64,000 bases of DNA from positions 32,001 to 96,000 of the IMG/VR virus record IMGVR_UViG_3300027971_000029, one strand, 5' to 3'. The first letter of the stretch is position 1; every line of letters starts with the position of its first letter. Below the pieces are notes generated by a model. That model saw nothing but the letters and a program-made list of their open reading frames with translations, made no database searches and had not been told where the DNA came from. This DNA is from a virus. Lineage: Duplodnaviria > Caudoviricetes. Below, one piece after another: positions 59,311 to 64,000 of this stretch. The position numbers and the translations under genes are program-made.

Positions 59311-60311
59311 TATGCCGCCTTAGCCCAAACATCTTCTCCCCAACTACCAGACAAAGCGCCTTTAGCATAGTCGGTCACTCTATTCTCAAAGAAGTTTCCG
59401 TGAATAGGTGCATTAATCATTTCTTCGACCCATGGTAGTGGATTTCTTTTTACTTTAAAAATACCTTTAAGACCAAGAGATATCAATCGTCTATCAGCAA
59501 TATAACGAATATACTTCTTAACATCTTCACTAGAAAGACCTTCCATAGCACCCATAGAAAAAGCAAGGTCAATAAACTTATCTTCTAACTCGACCATTCT
59601 TTCTGCAATAGAATAGATGCGCCCTTTGAGGTCATCGTTCCATATCTCTTTGTTCTCTTCTATGTATGTGCGAAAAACTTTAATCATGTTCTCAGCATGT
59701 AGAGTTTCATCTACAATAGACCAAGTAACAATTTGACCCATACCCTTCATCTTACCTGTTCTTGGAAAATTCAACAACATGATAAAAGATGAGAACAACT
59801 GCATCCCTTCAGTGAAAGCACTGAACACGGCGATATGGGTTGCAGTGTTCTCTTTAGTTGTATTCTGTGCAGATAAGTCCATGACATAATCATGCTTGGC
59901 TCTCATTGCCTCATACTCAAGAAACTGATTGTATGTTGTTTCAGGAAGACCGAGTGTCTCAATCAAATGTGAATATGCGGCAATGTGCAATGCTTCACGG
60001 GCCGCAAATCCTAACAACATCATACGAACTTCTGGTTGTGGAAAGTATGGTAGATAGTTTGTTACATAGCCACCAGCAACATCAATGTCACCTTGTGTAA
60101 AGAATCTAAAGATATGTGTTAGAAATTGTTTCTCTTCTTTTGATAACTTATTCTTCCAATCTTTAACATCTTCTGCCATCGGCACTTCTGTATGTAACCA
60201 ATGTGATTGCTCATGTTTCAACCATGCATCATATGCCCATGGATAGTTGAAAGGTTTAAAACTTGTTCTCTCTTCTGATAGATTGTTTTTTCTTTTGCTC
60301 ATTGTGCCCAC
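59310..60311 (-). CDS. nrdB: Ribonucleotide reductase class I beta subunit
   Basis: FFTQGD.DV, EALH..AY, EGMQLF, DETLH and NFFE motifs. Confidence 0.95.
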   Translation of the reverse strand: MGTMSKRKNNLSEERTSFKPFNYPWAYDAWLKHEQSHWLHTEVPMAEDVKDWKNKLSKEEKQFLTHIFRFFTQGDIDVAGGYVTNYLPYFPQPEVRMMLLGFAAREALHIAAYSHLIETLGLPETTYNQFLEYEAMRAKHDYVMDLSAQNTTKENTATHIAVFSAFTEGMQLFSSFIMLLNFPRTGKMKGMGQIVTWSIVDETLHAENMIKVFRTYIEENKEIWNDDLKGRIYSIAERMVELEDKFIDLAFSMGAMEGLSSEDVKKYIRYIADRRLISLGLKGIFKVKRNPLPWVEEMINAPIHGNFFENRVTDYAKGALSGSWGEDVWAKAA

Positions 60312-60541
60312 TCTTGTAATTCTTTTACTGTTTTTGAACCAACCATTCTCTTTACTTCGATATTTTCATCAAGCATCACTAATGTAGGTACACTGCGAAT
60401 ACCATATTCTCTTGCCAAATCATCATGCACATCAATATCAACAACTTCAATAGGCATTTCAATATTTGCACTTTCTAAATTCATTGACAATGCTTTGCAT
60501 GGTTCACACCATGATGCAGTAAATCTTAAAATTCTTTTCAT
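60299..60541 (-). CDS. Thioredoxin
   Basis: WCEPC; IRSVPT. Confidence 0.9.
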   Translation of the reverse strand: MKRILRFTASWCEPCKALSMNLESANIEMPIEVVDIDVHDDLAREYGIRSVPTLVMLDENIEVKRMVGSKTVKELQEWAQ

Positions 60542-61189
60542 TTATCTCTCCATTAATTCGTTTACAAAATCTAATAATAGTGTGTGTTGAGTTCCATTAT
60601 GATACTTACCCTTCATCCAACTATAACTATCATACCAAAACTGTCCACTCTCTGGATGACAACCAATTAAACCTATACGATTTTGAATAATGGCCATGTT
60701 GTCACCATTACTATATGTTGCTATGGTTTCATACGGAGAGTTTTCACCACCAACTAAAGCACAACCATCATAGAAGAACATGTCGTATGGTTGATTTCTC
60801 CACACAACACGCATATTTTTTGCATGTGGTCTTCTTGTGCAAGTACCAGGTCTCTTAATATACTGTACCGCATCTACTTTGTCAAGTATGTTGAAGTAAT
60901 CTTTACCTGCCCAATATGCACCCATGCAAATGCCAAGATACTTACCACCTCTTGCTACAAAATTGACTACAACATCTTTGTTGTTTTTCAGTATGATATC
61001 ATATGAATCTGAATCACCGATACCACCTGGAAATGCAACCATATCAACATCATCAAAGAAACCCTCTTCAACTTCATTCTTTGAAAACAATTTGAAGTCA
61101 TAACTACCTGATAATGCTTTCATTACACCATTAGATGATTGTACTGAACACTTCGGATCACATACAAACAATGCTATAGTAGGTTTCAT
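60542..61189 (-). CDS. BPL_N-like class I glutamine amidotransferase-fold protein
   Basis: FPGG, YLGICMGAY and HPE motifs. Confidence 0.75.
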   Translation of the reverse strand: MKPTIALFVCDPKCSVQSSNGVMKALSGSYDFKLFSKNEVEEGFFDDVDMVAFPGGIGDSDSYDIILKNNKDVVVNFVARGGKYLGICMGAYWAGKDYFNILDKVDAVQYIKRPGTCTRRPHAKNMRVVWRNQPYDMFFYDGCALVGGENSPYETIATYSNGDNMAIIQNRIGLIGCHPESGQFWYDSYSWMKGKYHNGTQHTLLLDFVNELMER

Positions 61190-62983
61190 TTAGCCCTCGC
61201 AAGCTAAACAAACTTCTTCAGTTGAAGCGAGTGCCTTCATATCAATTTCTTCAATTACACTTCTTTCGATTCTCTTCGATACTTTATCTGCTTTAGCTAA
61301 TTTCTCAGAGCGGCAGTAGTACATAGTCTTCAATCCTTGTTTCCATGCTTGAAAGTGTACTGCATGAAGATACTTCACATTTACATCTGGTCTAAAGAAA
61401 ACATTCAATGATTGTGCTTGGTCGATAAATTCTTGTCTATCAGCCGCATGTTGAATGACCCATCGTTGGTCAATCTCCATACCTGTTTTGAATACATCTT
61501 TCTGCCATTCATCAAGTATATCTAGATGTTGGCATGAACCATCGTTAGCAATGATTGATGACCATACATCATTATATTCGTTTTCAGTTTGTACAAGGCC
61601 TTTGATAATTCTATCCAACCATTTATTTTTATTCAATGATGCACCACTCAAGGTGTCTTGCCTGTAAGCATTTGCTCTGTAAGGTTCAATGGAAGGAGAA
61701 GTATTGCCCATGATAATAGAGGAAGATGCGTTAGGAGCAATGGCCAGCATATGACTAAAACGCCTCCCAGTACCAACGGCATCAGGTGCTTCACCCCTTT
61801 CAGAACCCAATTGAAGATTTGCATCATCTAATTTACTCCTAATGTGTTGGAAGATTTGTTTGTTTCTTCCGACTGCTTGTGCTGATTCCCACGGGAAGCT
61901 GTTTCGTTGTAGATAAGCATGAAAACCCAAAGCACCGATGCCAATGCTCCGCTCACGAATGGCAGAATACTTTGCACGGCTAATGGCTTCAGGAGCATTA
62001 GAAATGAAATACTCCAAAACATTATCCAACATTTCAGCAATATCACGAAGAAAATTAGGATCCGTTCTCCACTCATCATAGTACTCCAAGTTAACAGAAG
62101 ATAAACAACAAACAGCAGTGCGGTCTTTGTCTGTTGGTAAAATAATTTCAGAACATAGATTTGATTGTTTGATTGATAGACCTAGTTTCTTTTGAAACTC
62201 TGGCATCATACGATTGCTTGTGTCAATGAAATGTAGATACGGCTCGCCTGTCATCATACGCATCTCAAGAATTCTCTGCCACAATTCTCTTGCAGGTATT
62301 GTGTCTCTTACTTCATTATTGTGTGGGTCTTTTAGTTCCCATGTATCATCGAACTCAGGGTCAAGCATACACTGTTCAATGATATGCATGAAGTCATCTG
62401 TGATGTTGATACCATGATGTAGATTCAAGCAACGCATGTTCTGGTCGCCTGTAGGCTTTCTCATTTCAAGAAAGATAAGAATGTCTGGATGAGAAATATC
62501 AAGATAAGCGGCATAAGAACCACGGCGTGTACGGCCCTGGCGGTAGGCGAGGCTTGACGCATCATAAGTCCTAAGGTGAGGCATAACACCAACAGACTTA
62601 TCGTCAGTACTACGGATTCCAACGCCAATTCCCACTCCACCACCTAGCATCGATAGCCAGTTAACTTCTGCCAAACAGTCAACCAAACCTTCAGCAGAAT
62701 CGTGAAGATAAGGTAAGAAACATGATATAGGAAGGCCACGCTTAGAACGCCCAAAACTAAGAATGGGAGTAGAATAAGATAACCAATGCTTACTGCTATA
62801 CTCATAGAGTCTCTGCGAATGTTCCTGATTAGAGCCGAACGCCTTTGATACATATGCAAATCTTTCTTGAGGAGAAGATTCTTCTTCTCGCATATATGAT
62901 TCTTTCAATCTCTTTAAACCCAACTCATCAAATAAATTATCACGAGAAAAATCTACTACAATACCATTAACGGTGTCTACCAT
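61190..62983 (-). CDS. nrdA: Ribonucleotide reductase class I alpha subunit
   Basis: PISCF, SNLCSEI, APNASSS and KTMYYCRS motifs; C-terminal CLACEG. Confidence 0.96.
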   Translation of the reverse strand: MVDTVNGIVVDFSRDNLFDELGLKRLKESYMREEESSPQERFAYVSKAFGSNQEHSQRLYEYSSKHWLSYSTPILSFGRSKRGLPISCFLPYLHDSAEGLVDCLAEVNWLSMLGGGVGIGVGIRSTDDKSVGVMPHLRTYDASSLAYRQGRTRRGSYAAYLDISHPDILIFLEMRKPTGDQNMRCLNLHHGINITDDFMHIIEQCMLDPEFDDTWELKDPHNNEVRDTIPARELWQRILEMRMMTGEPYLHFIDTSNRMMPEFQKKLGLSIKQSNLCSEIILPTDKDRTAVCCLSSVNLEYYDEWRTDPNFLRDIAEMLDNVLEYFISNAPEAISRAKYSAIRERSIGIGALGFHAYLQRNSFPWESAQAVGRNKQIFQHIRSKLDDANLQLGSERGEAPDAVGTGRRFSHMLAIAPNASSSIIMGNTSPSIEPYRANAYRQDTLSGASLNKNKWLDRIIKGLVQTENEYNDVWSSIIANDGSCQHLDILDEWQKDVFKTGMEIDQRWVIQHAADRQEFIDQAQSLNVFFRPDVNVKYLHAVHFQAWKQGLKTMYYCRSEKLAKADKVSKRIERSVIEEIDMKALASTEEVCLACEG

Positions 62984-63000
62984 CTTAACTCCAATTTTAA

Positions 63001-63672
63001 TTAATTACTGCTATCTAATGCTTTTACAACATTAGGAAATTTCTGACCAATAATGTCCCAACAAGCACTTGCAATTTCTGCATGTTCTTTTTGAGTGCCG
63101 TTAGACATTCTTAATTTACAATAGTGAATCCATGAACGAAGAGTGCCGTTCATGTACATTTTTGAGTGTGTGTTACCTTCAGGAAGAACTGCTCTCGCTT
63201 GTTCTTTAGCAATACCTTTTTCAATAGCCCACTGATATGTTTCTAATGAATGAGCAATCAATTCTTGTTGTTTCTGAATCCATTCATCACTTAACAATGC
63301 ACTACCCAATGTACCATCTAACTCAATACTGTTTTGACGATTCTTTGGGTCTTGCTTTCTAGCTGACCTTAAACCAAAAGTCAATTCAGTTGTTGGGTCA
63401 GCATATCTTTGTGAAAATTCTTGAAACGAAAAAGAACGATGTCTTAAAATCTGTCTTGCTATATCCCGTGTAGTATTTATTTCTATCACGACTGACACCA
63501 TTTCAAATGGCGACCAGTGTTCATTGCGAATCAAATAACCAATGAGTTTGTCTTTACCTGTCGTGCTTTGTTGATTGCTTGGGTTAGAAACTCTAGCCAT
63601 GTAAACAATCAAATCTTCTGCACTACCATGTCCGTCTATTCCGGCTGTCAATCCTATCAATTTAACTCTCAT
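63001..63672 (-). CDS. thyX: Flavin-dependent thymidylate synthase
   Basis: HWSPFE; RHRSFSFQEFSQRY ThyX motif. Confidence 0.96.
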   Translation of the reverse strand: MRVKLIGLTAGIDGHGSAEDLIVYMARVSNPSNQQSTTGKDKLIGYLIRNEHWSPFEMVSVVIEINTTRDIARQILRHRSFSFQEFSQRYADPTTELTFGLRSARKQDPKNRQNSIELDGTLGSALLSDEWIQKQQELIAHSLETYQWAIEKGIAKEQARAVLPEGNTHSKMYMNGTLRSWIHYCKLRMSNGTQKEHAEIASACWDIIGQKFPNVVKALDSSN

Positions 63673-64000
63673 AATTTCTTCCAATATGTAAACTCAGTCA
63701 ACGCTCTCAAACCAGAGAATGTATTAGTATCTATGATTTCTTTGATTTCACTTTCTGTCATACCATTCATTATCATCTCATTTATGTCTTTACCTTCAAC
63801 ATTATTTGGCCAAATGACAACTCTGTAGTTATTTTTTACAGCCCTCTCGACCATATTGACAATCTCTCTATTTCGAGGTTCATTGTCATATATCAGAACT
63901 GTATTGTGAATGCCTAGTTTATCTGCAACAGCAGTCAGATTAGCATCGCCTGCGGCTACAGCATTGTTGATAAAGAATGAATCGATTGGACCTTCTACGA
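63669..64000 (-). CDS. DNA primase gp61, C-terminal part (5' end outside window)
   Basis: VEGPIDS..YDNEPRN..KDINEM TOPRIM motifs. Confidence 0.88.
   Translation of the reverse strand, partial: VEGPIDSFFINNAVAAGDANLTAVADKLGIHNTVLIYDNEPRNREIVNMVERAVKNNYRVVIWPNNVEGKDINEMIMNGMTESEIKEIIDTNTFSGLRALTEFTYWKKL

Noticed and set aside
59310-63684. Introns or inteins in nrdA, nrdB or thyX
   Set aside because: ORFs are continuous and of normal or compact length, with no intein motifs.

Overview
64 kb of a large AT-rich T4-like myovirus genome, most genes on the - strand; the host is probably a betaproteobacterium (inference). From left to right: (1) baseplate/tail module (gp7, gp6, gp25, PAAR, split gp5, hub, gp53, gp48, gp4, gp2, gp54, gp26/gp51, gp29-like); (2) gp32, gp59, gp33, SleB-like hydrolase, an outer-membrane barrel and a circularly permuted (two-piece) tmRNA; (3) auxiliary genes (TusA, ClpP, GalE, GT2, RNase H); (4) an early region of small ORFs behind many near-consensus sigma70 promoters; (5) an array of 29 tRNAs covering all 20 amino acids, with a minimal RNase P RNA and several unexplained structured RNAs; (6) ArfA-like, phasin-like, PhoH, Dps, nuclease, LpxH-like, ErpA, IscU, NrdAB, ThyX and the primase 3' end. 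The most striking signal lies directly upstream of the tRNA array: a leaderless 38-codon ORF that encodes all 20 amino acids, embedded in a trp-like 1:2/2:3/3:4 attenuator. This is a candidate general tRNA-shortage sensor. All calls come from reading motifs by eye; no searches were run.
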